DNA of 64,000 nucleotides from Bacteroidota bacterium. Its GTDB lineage: Bacteria; Bacteroidota; Bacteroidia; Cytophagales; Cyclobacteriaceae. Location of the stretch: NCBI GenBank assembly GCA_023412765.1, contig JAEZBX010000349.1:4339-68338 (forward strand), in the 5' to 3' direction. The notes under the pieces are model-generated. The model ran no database searches. It worked only from the letters and a program-made list of their open reading frames with translations, and was not told the DNA's origin. Every line of letters starts with the position of its first letter. Position 1 is the first letter of the stretch. A program made the translations under genes and the position numbers. Of this stretch, positions 49,194-59,611 are shown piece by piece.

Positions 49194-50297
49194 CTAAGTG
49201 GACTGGAATGTCAGATAGTTTTCTAATTCTTTCAAAAAATTCTCTATGTCTTCCTTATAAAGATCACCTAAAACTGAAAGCCTGAACGTAGCCTCACGCG
49301 CGCCCTTCCCAGGATATATTGTGTAACCCCTTTGATACAAGTAATCATGCATGGCATCGAAGTCATACCTTGGGTCGGTTGGCTCTTTTATCGCAAGAAG
49401 TATTTTTGATTGTTGTTCAGCCGGGAGGAGGAACTCGAAGTTTAGTTTCTTTAATCCATTATACAACGTGTTCCAGTTCAGCTGATATCGATTCCAGCGG
49501 GACATTTCTCCTTCAGCAAAGTATTCGTCTATTGCTTGACGCAAAGCATACGCGACCTGTACCGGAGGTGTGAATTGCATTTGCCCTGTTTTCTCGAATC
49601 CAACAAATTGATTGTAGAGGTCGAAGTAAAAAGAGCGTCTCTGCTCTTTAAGCTGAGGCAATAGCGCTTTCTTAAAAATCACGAAAACCATTCCTGGCAT
49701 TCCCTGGATGCATTTGTTCGAAGAAGAAATTAAATAACCAGCATCCCACTTTCTAATATCGATTGGAATACCGGCATAGGAACTCATACAATCAACGATC
49801 ACTTCAACCCCATACTTCCTCGACACAGTGCAAATCTCGTCCACCGGGTTAAGCATCCCGGTAGTTGTTTCGTGGTGTACTACAGCAATGTGACTTACTT
49901 CCTTGTTCGTTTTTAAAAGGTCTTCAACCTTTCTTACGTCAGGGTAATCGCCGTAAGGAATTTTGTAGAGAACGACATCAATACCAAATGTAGTCGCAAT
50001 ATTTGCCATCCGCGCTCCATAGGCACCGTTATCAATCACTAACAGCTTTTTGTTTTTTGGAACTGCTGATGTGATGGCTGCCTCGAGTCCGCCCGTACCA
50101 CTCGCTGTAAAAAGCGCTGCCACATAGTCTGTTTCCCCGTGGACAACTTTAACCAGGTCATCCTTAATGGTATCCAACAACTTTCCGAAGTCTTTTTCTC
50201 GCGGGCAAATGTCCTCCACAACTAATGCCTGCTTCACACTGTCGGTGGTCGTAGCAGGCCCCGGATTGAGCAATATCTTCCTGGTTACGTGCTTCAT
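49194..50297 (-). CDS. phnW: 2-aminoethylphosphonate aminotransferase (class V PLP)
   Basis: LLNPGPATT, HHETTTGMLNP, DCMSSY, SSNKCIQG and FTPP motifs; sits in a pepM cluster. Confidence 0.88.
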   Translation of the reverse strand: MKHVTRKILLNPGPATTTDSVKQALVVEDICPREKDFGKLLDTIKDDLVKVVHGETDYVAALFTASGTGGLEAAITSAVPKNKKLLVIDNGAYGARMANIATTFGIDVVLYKIPYGDYPDVRKVEDLLKTNKEVSHIAVVHHETTTGMLNPVDEICTVSRKYGVEVIVDCMSSYAGIPIDIRKWDAGYLISSSNKCIQGMPGMVFVIFKKALLPQLKEQRRSFYFDLYNQFVGFEKTGQMQFTPPVQVAYALRQAIDEYFAEGEMSRWNRYQLNWNTLYNGLKKLNFEFLLPAEQQSKILLAIKEPTDPRYDFDAMHDYLYQRGYTIYPGKGAREATFRLSVLGDLYKEDIENFLKELENYLTFQST

Positions 50298-51286
50298 ATT
50301 TTTGTGCGCAAGTTAAGCCAGACCCAGTACACTTTCAAAACTGAGAATGTTCGTATGACAAGGATAATGATATTGACCGACAGCCATGCCGTTAGAATTA
50401 TGAAAAGATATTCCTGGTAGTCAAATCCCGGGATCAAAAGAAGTAGCATCCCTAAAGGCGTGACATAATCGGGCGATTTTTCAATTCCGTCGATAAGATG
50501 CCCGTGCATTATTCTTCCAATGTATAAGCTGGCGTATAACGTGATCAGTACAAATATTTTCATAGGTGAAAAGAAAAAGATACCGAGCAGAGCTATTATC
50601 GTTATCAAAAATGTAAAAGTGAGAAAACCAGCCCTAACCTCGGGTATACGTTTCCATGTCTTGTAAAAAGTAATGGCGGCACCAATCGCTGACGAAATCA
50701 GCAATAGTTCGATAACCGAAAAACCTGCGAAGACACGATACACAAGCATAGCATTGACTGCGGGAATAGCCGACAAGGCGATGAGCAATGCCGAGAGTAA
50801 AACGCCCTCCAATGAACCTAATTTTTCGAACGTTAGCCATCCCGTTTTAAACTGCTCGTAAAATACAGCCATATGCGCCCAGTATGAAACGACAATTACT
50901 CCAGCAACGACGCCTTTATGCGTGATTCCAAAAAGCACCAGCATAGTGAACATCATGATGCCGTTGTTAAAGGCATCGAGATAGTGATCGCAGAATTCGC
51001 CCAGAGCAGAACCTGTACCGGTTCGTTTTGCCTGCATACCATCCAGGTGATCACCGATTAGGTATAGGATAAAACCGATGGAAACAGCCAGGGGTGTAAA
51101 TAGTCCAAGCAGTTCGGGGTTTAAAGCAAGGTAAAGGCTTACGTAAACGAATGCATTGGAAACAAATGTTATAATGTTAGCAGGAATTACCCAGGGAATC
51201 ATATTGATTAGCGGCGCTACGATCCACTTTTTGAAGGAGGGGGTAACCAACGAAAAATCATGACAGCGGTACTGGTACGGTCTCAT
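50294..51286 (-). CDS. CDP-alcohol phosphatidyltransferase family protein
   Basis: DHLDGMQAKRTGTGSALGEFCDHYLD signature; PANIIT; polytopic. Confidence 0.88.
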   Translation of the reverse strand: MRPYQYRCHDFSLVTPSFKKWIVAPLINMIPWVIPANIITFVSNAFVYVSLYLALNPELLGLFTPLAVSIGFILYLIGDHLDGMQAKRTGTGSALGEFCDHYLDAFNNGIMMFTMLVLFGITHKGVVAGVIVVSYWAHMAVFYEQFKTGWLTFEKLGSLEGVLLSALLIALSAIPAVNAMLVYRVFAGFSVIELLLISSAIGAAITFYKTWKRIPEVRAGFLTFTFLITIIALLGIFFFSPMKIFVLITLYASLYIGRIMHGHLIDGIEKSPDYVTPLGMLLLLIPGFDYQEYLFIILTAWLSVNIIILVIRTFSVLKVYWVWLNLRTKI

Positions 51287-51544
51287 TACGGCAAAGCAAG
51301 TAAAATTAAAATTCTAAATGAATTGCGAGGATCAGCATTTAACTCACTAACATTTCTCATGTATTGTATAACCCGATTCATATTGTTGTCTTAAAGCGGA
51401 ATTCCCTGTTACATACATGACTGGATTCGAGGTAAATAGCTGAATGGCTCACAATAAACTCAGGGTCGAAATTTTAGGCGAAGATTAAGAACATATTACG
51501 ATAACGTTGTATTTTTGGCGGCATTTTTAAAGGCACTTTTTAAC

Positions 51545-53143
51545 ATGAAGAAAACAACTCAGCTGCGTTCAATGGTCAATTCGCCTGAAATGGCATTTCT
51601 GATGGAAGCGCACAACGGCCTCTCGGCGAAAATTGTTGAAGAAGCTGGTTTTAAGGGAATATGGGGGAGTGGATTGTCCATATCCGCTGCGCTGGGCGTG
51701 CGCGACAATAACGAAGCATCCTGGACGCAAGTGCTGGATGTGCTGGAGTTCATGAGCGACGCTACGAGCATACCGATATTACTGGATGGCGACACGGGTT
51801 ATGGTAACTTCAATAATATGCGCAGACTGGTGAAGAAACTGGAACAGCGAGACATCGCAGCTGTGTGTATTGAAGATAAACTGTTCCCCAAAACGAATTC
51901 ATTCATTGGTGGCGAAAATCAGCCGCTTGCTGATGTGGATGAATTCAGCGGGAAAATAAAAGCAGCAAAGGATACGCAGATGGATGACGACTTTATGGTG
52001 GTCGCGCGCCTTGAAGCATTTATCGCTGGTTGGGGACTTGATGAAGCTTTGCGACGTGCGGATGCCTATCACAAGGCGGGCGCAGATGCAATTTTATGTC
52101 ACAGTAAAAAAGCTGATTCGTCCGACATTGATGCGTTTATGAAAGAATGGGGTAATCGTTGCCCGGTTATTATAGTTCCCACTAAATATTACTCGGTTCC
52201 TACCGATCATTTCAGAAAGATTGGAATAAGCACGATCATTTGGGCTAATCACAATGTGCGCTCTTCGATAAAAGCGATGCAGGAAACTTCTACGCGAATT
52301 TTCAAAGAGCAGACACTGATTAATGTAGAGGGAAAAGTTGTCAGCGTAAACGAGATCTTCCGGTTACAAGGCGCCGACGAATTGGAAGCTGCCGAAGACA
52401 AGTACTTGCCGACGACAGGAAAAAAAGTGAACGGAATTATTTTGGCGGCAAGCCAGGGTTCGCTTGGTGATCTGACGAAAGATACACCAAAGACTTTACT
52501 GGAAGTAAATGGAAAGTCATTGCTGAATACGCAAGTTGAAGAGTTCAATCAGCAAGGCATAAAAGATGTGACCGTGGTGCGCGGGTTCAAAAAGGAGAAG
52601 GTCAAACTTAACAATATCAGCACCGTTGACAACGATGATTTTGCATCGACTAAAGAGCTTTACTCACTATATCTTGCGAAGAACCAAATCAAAGAAAATA
52701 CACTGATCAGCTACGGTGACATTATATTCAAACGTTATGTCTTGCATGAGCTGTTAAATGATCAGAACAATATCACGATAGTTGTTGACGCAGACTGCGA
52801 AGAGGAAGGTGTTGATAAGGACTTTATCGCTGCTTCCGAAAAATACGACAGGACAAACTACCTCGGGACGTCTGTATTCAAAAAGATGGGTACAGATTTG
52901 AAGAAGACTGAAATTTTTGGTGAATTTATTGGTCTGTGGAAGGTGAACAAGACAGGTGCAACGCAAGTGGTAAACGCATTGGAGAAATTGAGCAAATCAA
53001 AGGATTTTAAGTCAATGACCTGCGCGGACCTGTTTAATGAAATTGCAAAGGAACATACGATAGCTGTCAAGTATATCAGCGGCGCTTGGTTAGATGTAGA
53101 TACTTTGGTTGATTTACAAAACGCTGGAAAACTTCGTCTTTAA
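51545..53143 (+). CDS. aepX: Phosphoenolpyruvate mutase fused to a C-terminal nucleotidyltransferase domain
   Basis: Diagnostic [10 protein letters not shown] (EDKx5NS) motif, [16 protein letters not shown]-terminal IILAAS..PKTLL..YGD. ATG 51545. Confidence 0.95.
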   Translation: MKKTTQLRSMVNSPEMAFLMEAHNGLSAKIVEEAGFKGIWGSGLSISAALGVRDNNEASWTQVLDVLEFMSDATSIPILLDGDTGYGNFNNMRRLVKKLEQRDIAAVCIEDKLFPKTNSFIGGENQPLADVDEFSGKIKAAKDTQMDDDFMVVARLEAFIAGWGLDEALRRADAYHKAGADAILCHSKKADSSDIDAFMKEWGNRCPVIIVPTKYYSVPTDHFRKIGISTIIWANHNVRSSIKAMQETSTRIFKEQTLINVEGKVVSVNEIFRLQGADELEAAEDKYLPTTGKKVNGIILAASQGSLGDLTKDTPKTLLEVNGKSLLNTQVEEFNQQGIKDVTVVRGFKKEKVKLNNISTVDNDDFASTKELYSLYLAKNQIKENTLISYGDIIFKRYVLHELLNDQNNITIVVDADCEEEGVDKDFIAASEKYDRTNYLGTSVFKKMGTDLKKTEIFGEFIGLWKVNKTGATQVVNALEKLSKSKDFKSMTCADLFNEIAKEHTIAVKYISGAWLDVDTLVDLQNAGKLRL

Positions 53144-53155
53144 AAAATTTTCGAG

Positions 53156-54283
53156 ATGCTCAACACAAAGAAATTCGGCGATGAAATGAAAGCACTGGGC
53201 TTTGACTTCTACTCCGGTGTTCCCTGTTCGTTTTTGAAAGCTTTGATCAACTATGCGATCAATGAATGTGACTATGTAATGGCGGCAAACGAAGGCGACG
53301 CGGTAGCAATTGCATCCGGTGCAAGATTAGGTGGAAAGAGGTCCGTTGTATTAATGCAGAATTCGGGATTGACAAATGCGACATCACCTTTGACATCTTT
53401 GAATTTCACTTTCAAACTTCCTGTGCTTGGTTTTGTGAGCTTACGCGGCGAACCTGGTGTGAAGGATGAACCGCAGCACGAGCTCATGGGTCAGATCACC
53501 GAAAAGATGCTTGCACTAATGAAAGTGGAGTGGGCATATTTGTCGGACGAAGAAAGTACGGCGACCCAGCAGCTGCAACAGGCTAATACCCATATAGAGG
53601 AAGGTCGTACCTTCTTTTTCGTCGTGAAGAAAGGAACATTTGCGGACGTGAAGTTAAACGCGCAGCAGCTGAAACAGGTGTCTAACGTGAAATTGAAAAA
53701 ATCATCAGCAAAGCAAAGTCTTCCAATCAGAACACAAGCATTAAAAGCAATCTCAGATCTCGCTGATAAAGATACTGTGTTGTTGGCTACAACTGGAAAA
53801 ACCGGCAGGGAGCTATTTGAAGTTGGCGACAAGCAGAATAACCTTTACATGGTAGGATCAATGGGATGCATAAGTTCTCTTGGCCTTGGATTGGCGTTGG
53901 CGCGGCCTGACAAAAAAGTTATTGCAATTGATGGTGATGGCTCGGCTTTGATGCGCATGGGCTCATTTGCTACAAATGCTTATTACCAGCCAGGAAATTT
54001 GCTGCACATTCTCCTTGACAACAATGCCCATGATTCTACGGGAGGTCAAGCTACGGTCTCCCACATTGTAGATTTTGCGTCCATGGCTTCTACCGTCAGT
54101 TACCCGGTTTCTCTTCAGGTGAATTCATTGTCGGAATTAGAGGATGCAATCAAGCAATGGAAAATGGAAAATCAACTTACCTTCATTCATTTAAAAATAT
54201 CTCAAGGATCGCCCCCAGAACTGGGAAGACCTACTGTTAAACCCTTTGAGGTTAAGGACAGGCTTATAAAATTCATCAGTTGA
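53156..54283 (+). CDS. aepY: Phosphonopyruvate decarboxylase
   Basis: GVPCS, NEGDA, MQNSG, RGEPGVKDEPQH, GSMG and DGDGS..NN..HDSTGGQ motifs. Confidence 0.93.
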   Translation: MLNTKKFGDEMKALGFDFYSGVPCSFLKALINYAINECDYVMAANEGDAVAIASGARLGGKRSVVLMQNSGLTNATSPLTSLNFTFKLPVLGFVSLRGEPGVKDEPQHELMGQITEKMLALMKVEWAYLSDEESTATQQLQQANTHIEEGRTFFFVVKKGTFADVKLNAQQLKQVSNVKLKKSSAKQSLPIRTQALKAISDLADKDTVLLATTGKTGRELFEVGDKQNNLYMVGSMGCISSLGLGLALARPDKKVIAIDGDGSALMRMGSFATNAYYQPGNLLHILLDNNAHDSTGGQATVSHIVDFASMASTVSYPVSLQVNSLSELEDAIKQWKMENQLTFIHLKISQGSPPELGRPTVKPFEVKDRLIKFIS

Positions 54284-55029
54284 TGAGCGTAAGCGTTGGC
54301 ACTGGAGTGATATTGGCAGCTGGGCTTGGTTCCAGGTTGAAAGATCGTACAAAGGAAAAGCCGAAAGGATTCATTGAAGTGGATGGCAAATCCCTTATTG
54401 AACGTTCTATATTAAATTTACTGGGTGCTGGGATTCAAAAAATCATTATCGGTACTGGATACCTTCACGAACATTTTGATTCACTGCGGGAAAAATATCC
54501 GATTCAAACCCTGCGAAATCCAGATTACGCTGAGACCGGCAGTATGTATACTTTGTATTTGCTAAGGCATTTGATCGAGGAGCAGTTCTTACTTCTGGAA
54601 AGTGATCTGCTTTACGAGAGCAATGCGATTGGTCACCTCCTGAACGACCCACTTGATAATATCATTCTCGCCAGTGGAGCGACAAATTCCGGAGATGAAG
54701 TATTTATTCAGACATCTTCATCATTTCAACTCCAACAAATGAGTAAAGACCGGGCCGTGCTTCAGAATATATCCGGGGAGTTGGTGGGCATATCTAAGCT
54801 GTCTCAAACGGCATTACAGGATATGTCGTCATTCGCTGAACAAAAATATAAAAATGGAGAGCGATCCATGCACTATGAGGACGCTCTTGTGGGCATTGCG
54901 GGTCGGCGCCATCTCCATGTCAAGGTAGTGGAGGATCTCATCTGGTGTGAAATTGATGACGACAGCCATTTAAAACGCGCGCTGGAAATTATTTATCCCA
55001 AAATAAAAGCCAAGAACCTTGAAGGTTGA
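54283..55029 (+). CDS. Phosphocholine/phosphonate cytidylyltransferase (LicC/PntC-like)
   Basis: ILAAGLGSRL..KPKG, GSMYTL, ESDLLY and WCEID motifs. Confidence 0.85.
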   Translation: MSVSVGTGVILAAGLGSRLKDRTKEKPKGFIEVDGKSLIERSILNLLGAGIQKIIIGTGYLHEHFDSLREKYPIQTLRNPDYAETGSMYTLYLLRHLIEEQFLLLESDLLYESNAIGHLLNDPLDNIILASGATNSGDEVFIQTSSSFQLQQMSKDRAVLQNISGELVGISKLSQTALQDMSSFAEQKYKNGERSMHYEDALVGIAGRRHLHVKVVEDLIWCEIDDDSHLKRALEIIYPKIKAKNLEG

Positions 55030-55064
55030 AATAGACTAATACACAACGTTATCGCTACTGCGGT

Positions 55065-56894
55065 ATGAAACAAAGACTTATTATTTTAATCTCGGGATTT
55101 GTCGCGTGGACGTTTATCTACCTTGTCGCGCGCGGTTTGTTCATGGTATACCACAGCCACTTGTCAAATGAACTGTCAGTGTTTGAAATGTTCCTGGTTT
55201 TTGCCCATGGAATTCGGATGGATTTTTCAATGGCTGGTTACTACTCGCTATTCCCTGGCCTCTTGTTTTCGCTAGGCTTTCTTCTTAACGGCCGAAAGTT
55301 ATGGCCGATCTGGATCGGCTACCAGGCAATCATTCTGTTTGTAACAACATTCATAATCACAGTCGACTTTGAATTGTACAAGCATTGGGGATTTCGGATG
55401 GATGCAACTCCGTTAATGTACGTAGGAAAAGAAGCGGCAGGCTCCGGCGATTTTTGGCAAACAATATTTCTCGTCTGTTATTGGTTGGTCATGTTTACTG
55501 CCAGTGTTTTTGCTTTTTATAAATATTTTAAGAAACGAGTCGTTGCGTTGGAACCTACAAACTGGAAGGCATTGCCCGTTATATTGTTTGCAACTACTCT
55601 TTTTATCATCCCTATCCGGGGGAGTTTTGGAGTTGCTCCCATGAATTCCGGGTTCGTTTATTTTCACGATAGCAAGATGTTTGCGAACCATTCAGCGGTA
55701 AATGTTGTGTGGAATTTTCTTTATGCAGTTCAGAAAATGAACAAGCTTAAGTACGCAGATAATTTCTTCGATAAAGAAAAAACGGAACAATATTTTGACC
55801 AGCTTATTGCTTTGTCTGATAGTACGTCGAAGCTTATTAAGCCCACTCGTCCGAATGTCATGATCATTGTGATGGAGAGCTTTACATCGGGATTTATAGA
55901 AGCCTTGGGTGGTGTGCCAGGTGTCACGCCGAGACTTAACGCCCTTATGAAAGAAGGAATTTTGTTCGACCGGTTCTACAGCAGCGGAGACAGGACGGAC
56001 AAAGGAATTGTTTCCATTCTTAATGGTTATCCATCCCAACCGTTGACGTCGATTATCAAAGAGCCACGCAGGACTAAAAGTCTTCCATACCTCAATTTGA
56101 AGTTTAAAGAGGCCGGTTACAGGACTGAGTTTACGTACGGTTATAATATTAACTATGCGAACTTCAATTCATACCTGATCCACGCAGGTTTCGACCATGT
56201 AACCCACAGCGCCGACTTTCCGCCGGAATTGAATACAAGCAAATGGGGTGTTCATGATGAATTCGTTTTTGATAAATTTTTTCAAGAGACCGAACAGGTA
56301 GATACACCATTCTTCAAGATCATGATGACGCAAAGTAGTCATGAGCCATTTGATGTGCCCATGGAAACTGTCATCAAGGGAAATGATGAAATAAGTCAGT
56401 TTCTCAACTCTGCATATTACGCAGACAAACAACTGGGAATTTTTATCGATAAGGCAAAAAAAACAAAGTGGTGGAAAAATACGCTTGTTGTGATTACGGC
56501 TGATCACGGCCACCTATATCCGAATAATCCCGGTGTTTCCAATCCCGATAGATTCAAAATTCCAATGTTGTGGTTGGGAGGTGCCTTGAATACAGCCGAT
56601 ACAGTAATTCACTCAATCGGATGCCAGACTGACATTCCAAAGACAATCCTTGCGCAATTCGATATGGATGCAAAGGAATTCGAGTTTGGTCAGGATATGC
56701 TTGGAAACAACTATAACCCTTTTGCAGTGTATTTGTATAACAATGGGTTTGGCATGATCAAACCTGACCGGCTATTCGTATACGATAATGTTTCGAACTC
56801 GATAATACAACAAGCAGGTAGAGTTGAGGATAACGACATTTCGGAGGGAAAAGCGTTTGTGCAAAAGCTCTATTGGGATTTCAATTCGCGCTGA
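55065..56894 (+). CDS. LTA synthase family / sulfatase-like membrane phosphotransferase
   Basis: N-terminal TMs, IRG, PNVMIIVMES, GDRTDKG (Thr nucleophile), SSHEPF and ADHG motifs. Confidence 0.85.
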   Translation: MKQRLIILISGFVAWTFIYLVARGLFMVYHSHLSNELSVFEMFLVFAHGIRMDFSMAGYYSLFPGLLFSLGFLLNGRKLWPIWIGYQAIILFVTTFIITVDFELYKHWGFRMDATPLMYVGKEAAGSGDFWQTIFLVCYWLVMFTASVFAFYKYFKKRVVALEPTNWKALPVILFATTLFIIPIRGSFGVAPMNSGFVYFHDSKMFANHSAVNVVWNFLYAVQKMNKLKYADNFFDKEKTEQYFDQLIALSDSTSKLIKPTRPNVMIIVMESFTSGFIEALGGVPGVTPRLNALMKEGILFDRFYSSGDRTDKGIVSILNGYPSQPLTSIIKEPRRTKSLPYLNLKFKEAGYRTEFTYGYNINYANFNSYLIHAGFDHVTHSADFPPELNTSKWGVHDEFVFDKFFQETEQVDTPFFKIMMTQSSHEPFDVPMETVIKGNDEISQFLNSAYYADKQLGIFIDKAKKTKWWKNTLVVITADHGHLYPNNPGVSNPDRFKIPMLWLGGALNTADTVIHSIGCQTDIPKTILAQFDMDAKEFEFGQDMLGNNYNPFAVYLYNNGFGMIKPDRLFVYDNVSNSIIQQAGRVEDNDISEGKAFVQKLYWDFNSR

Positions 56895-57343
56895 GGAAGC
56901 TTTGGCCAACGACTGAACACGAGAAAGAACAAATAATATAGCACGAAAAAAAGTGGGATTGAAAAAGTTGCCCAAACCCCCACGCCCAATGCAAGCGCTA
57001 TACCCGCTTCCTTCAGCAAAAGAAAAAAGTCTTCGCGGTAAAGCTGCATAAGTTGATCCATGTTGTACGGAAAAGGATTAAGCCGGAACAGGATTGTGCC
57101 TATCTTGATAAATGGAATAATGAAGATTAATTGGAGGGGCGCTACAAGGTAATTTACAAGCTGAATCAACGGTATGTTTAGTCTGAATGCAATAGCAATT
57201 CCAAAACACAAAATTGTTGTCGTTCCGAATATTGGAAAAATACCGATGACGACACCCATTGCACAAGTCATTGAAAGTTTGTGAGGCGTTAGTCCCTGTC
57301 GAAGGGCATCATAAAGTATTTTTTTGGCATTCCTCAATTTCAT
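56870..57343 (-). CDS. DUF2062 family membrane protein
   Basis: GVVIGIFPIFG..FRLN..NY pattern. Confidence 0.75.
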   Translation of the reverse strand: MKLRNAKKILYDALRQGLTPHKLSMTCAMGVVIGIFPIFGTTTILCFGIAIAFRLNIPLIQLVNYLVAPLQLIFIIPFIKIGTILFRLNPFPYNMDQLMQLYREDFFLLLKEAGIALALGVGVWATFSIPLFFVLYYLFFLVFSRWPKLPQRELKSQ

Positions 57344-57437
57344 ATTTCAGATTTCAAATCTGTTTTTAGCCTTCCCGGTAGTTGACGTCATAATCCAAAG
57401 ATAATGGAATGATGTTTCCTATATTGTCATTCATTTT

Positions 57438-59153
57438 ATGATTAAAAATCAAAAACTAAATCTTCTCCTGGTCGCACTGCTGATTTTCACTGCATGCACC
57501 CCTAAGAAATCAGCCAGCCTGGTAGTTAAGGGTGGTAAGATCTATACAGTAAACAACGGCAACGAAGTAGCGGAGGCAATTGCCGTTGACGAAAACAAGA
57601 TCGTTTTTGTAGGATCAGAAGCAGACGTGCGTGAATATATTGGCGACAACACTGAGGTGATCGACCTTGCAGGTAAAATCCTGACACCTGGATTTATCGA
57701 AGGTCATGGTCATCTAATGGGTGTAGGCTACAACGAGCTCAATCTCAATTTAGCCGATGTCAAGAGCTATGAAGAAATGATTGAGCGCGTCAAAGAAGCA
57801 GCGTCAAAATCTGCACCGGGAGAATGGATCCTTGGAAGGGGATGGCATCAGGATAAATGGGATATGAAACCAGACGTTACAGTAAAAGGATTTCCAGTAC
57901 ACAAAGCACTAAGCGAAGTTTCACCCGATAATCCTGTCTTCCTCCGGCATGCAAGTGGGCATGCTGCATTTGCCAATGCCAAGGCGATGGAAATGTCGGG
58001 AGTAAATACACTTTCGAAAGAGAAATTTAAAAATGAAGAAGGGGAAGGAGGAGAAGTAATCCGCGATGCTCTCGGCAATCCAACGGGATTATTCAACGAA
58101 CGCGCCATGTATCTGATCGATCAGCACATTCCTGACAATTCCAGTGAGACCGACGCGCGCGCGTTGGAACTTGCAATCAATGCGTGTCATAGATATGGTA
58201 TCACCAGCTTCCACGATGCGGGAGTCAGACGCGACGAAATAGAATTATACCACGACTTTAAGCGACAAGGCAAGTTAGGAATCGGTCTCTATGTGATGGT
58301 AACGGGTACCGACCCGGCGCTTGTCTATGACTGGTTAAAGAGAGGACCCGAAATCGATTCATTGGGTGGCCTCACGATCCGTTCGATAAAATTGAATTGT
58401 GATGGCGCACTGGGATCCCGTGGCGCCTGGTTGCTCGAGCCTTATAGCGATCGTCCTGATTTTTCTGGTATGGCTACGTTGTCTATGGATACCGTGATGA
58501 AAATTTCTCGTGAGGCATTGAAACATAATTTTCAGGTTTGTTCACATGCCATAGGGGACCGGGCAAACAGGGAAATTTTAGATCGGTATGAGATAGCCTT
58601 TGAAGAGAATCCCGCGGATGCAACAAATCATCGATTCAGGATTGAGCATGCTCAGCACATCCACCCCAACGATCTTCCACGGTTTGCAGCTCTCGGAGTG
58701 ATCCCTGCAATGCAGGCGATTCATATGTCATCCGACAGGCCTTGGGCAATCGACCGGCTTGGAGAACGTCGAATAAAAAATGGCGCGTATATGTGGCAGG
58801 CCTTACTAAAGTCGGGAGCAATAATTGTGAACGGTACTGATGCACCCGTGGAGCCGCTGGATCCCATCCCATCTTTTTATGCAGCAGTAACGCGCAAGAC
58901 ATTGAAGGGGGAACCGGAAGGTGGTTACGAAGCAGAACAAAAGATGACTCGTGAGCAGGCGCTGCGTTCTTATACGATCGACGCTGCTTTTGGGGCGTTT
59001 GAAGAGAAGATAAAAGGATCCATCGAACCTGGGAAACTCGCTGACTTTACGATTTTCACCCATGATCTGATGACCATTCCCGAAGATTCAATTCTTCATA
59101 CAAAAGTCTTTATGACGATTGTGGGCGGTAAGGTGGTCTTTCAAAAGCCTTGA
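57438..59153 (+). CDS. Amidohydrolase family 3 (YtcJ-like) lipoprotein
   Basis: PGFIEGHGH, DGALGSRGA, HAIGD, RIEHAQ, GTDAP and GKLADF motifs; lipobox FTAC. Confidence 0.9.
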   Translation: MIKNQKLNLLLVALLIFTACTPKKSASLVVKGGKIYTVNNGNEVAEAIAVDENKIVFVGSEADVREYIGDNTEVIDLAGKILTPGFIEGHGHLMGVGYNELNLNLADVKSYEEMIERVKEAASKSAPGEWILGRGWHQDKWDMKPDVTVKGFPVHKALSEVSPDNPVFLRHASGHAAFANAKAMEMSGVNTLSKEKFKNEEGEGGEVIRDALGNPTGLFNERAMYLIDQHIPDNSSETDARALELAINACHRYGITSFHDAGVRRDEIELYHDFKRQGKLGIGLYVMVTGTDPALVYDWLKRGPEIDSLGGLTIRSIKLNCDGALGSRGAWLLEPYSDRPDFSGMATLSMDTVMKISREALKHNFQVCSHAIGDRANREILDRYEIAFEENPADATNHRFRIEHAQHIHPNDLPRFAALGVIPAMQAIHMSSDRPWAIDRLGERRIKNGAYMWQALLKSGAIIVNGTDAPVEPLDPIPSFYAAVTRKTLKGEPEGGYEAEQKMTREQALRSYTIDAAFGAFEEKIKGSIEPGKLADFTIFTHDLMTIPEDSILHTKVFMTIVGGKVVFQKP

Positions 59154-59160
59154 AAAGGAA

Positions 59161-59187
59161 AAAAGGAAGGCGTAGTTCCTTCCCTTT
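59161..59187. terminator. Probable bidirectional terminator
   Basis: AAAAGGAAGG-cgtagtt-CCTTCCCTTT between convergent genes. Confidence 0.55.
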
Positions 59188-59206
59188 ATGTTCCATCGTT
59201 TAGCTT

Positions 59207-59611
59207 CTATACTTTAAGATATTTCATTGCCTTTGACTTCACCATCTCGCGATCTGCAGTAATGGTCGGGTCACTGTAGACATGTTGCGAAACTTCACCG
59301 ACAACAGATTTCTTGAATCCCAGTTTGTCAGCAATTCTTTCGCAGAAAACAATCTCGCTGCGGAATACCTGGCCGTCCATCTTCATCAATTGGATGAGGT
59401 GGTACAGGTGCTCAAACTTCTCGTCGCTAGTCAGAGAGTCCATACCTCCGATTGGGCGAGGGTTTTGCAGCATGGCGTCCACTTCTTCCTTCGCAATCCC
59501 ATTAGCTTTACCAATAGTATGAATAAGCTTTGATTCACGCGACGCTACATTTCTATCGCTGGCAGCCAGATTGATTAGAACATTCAGTTCCGATTTCTTG
59601 TCGAAAATCAT
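59207..59611 (-). CDS. TerB-family (tellurite resistance-like) protein
   Basis: LAASD..E and LMKMDGQ..SE..IADKLG duplicated pattern. Confidence 0.75.
   Translation of the reverse strand: MIFDKKSELNVLINLAASDRNVASRESKLIHTIGKANGIAKEEVDAMLQNPRPIGGMDSLTSDEKFEHLYHLIQLMKMDGQVFRSEIVFCERIADKLGFKKSVVGEVSQHVYSDPTITADREMVKSKAMKYLKV

Noticed and set aside
49194..50297. Phosphonate catabolism (phnWX)
   Set aside because: No phnX, phnA or transporter nearby; linkage to pepM and ppd indicates biosynthesis.
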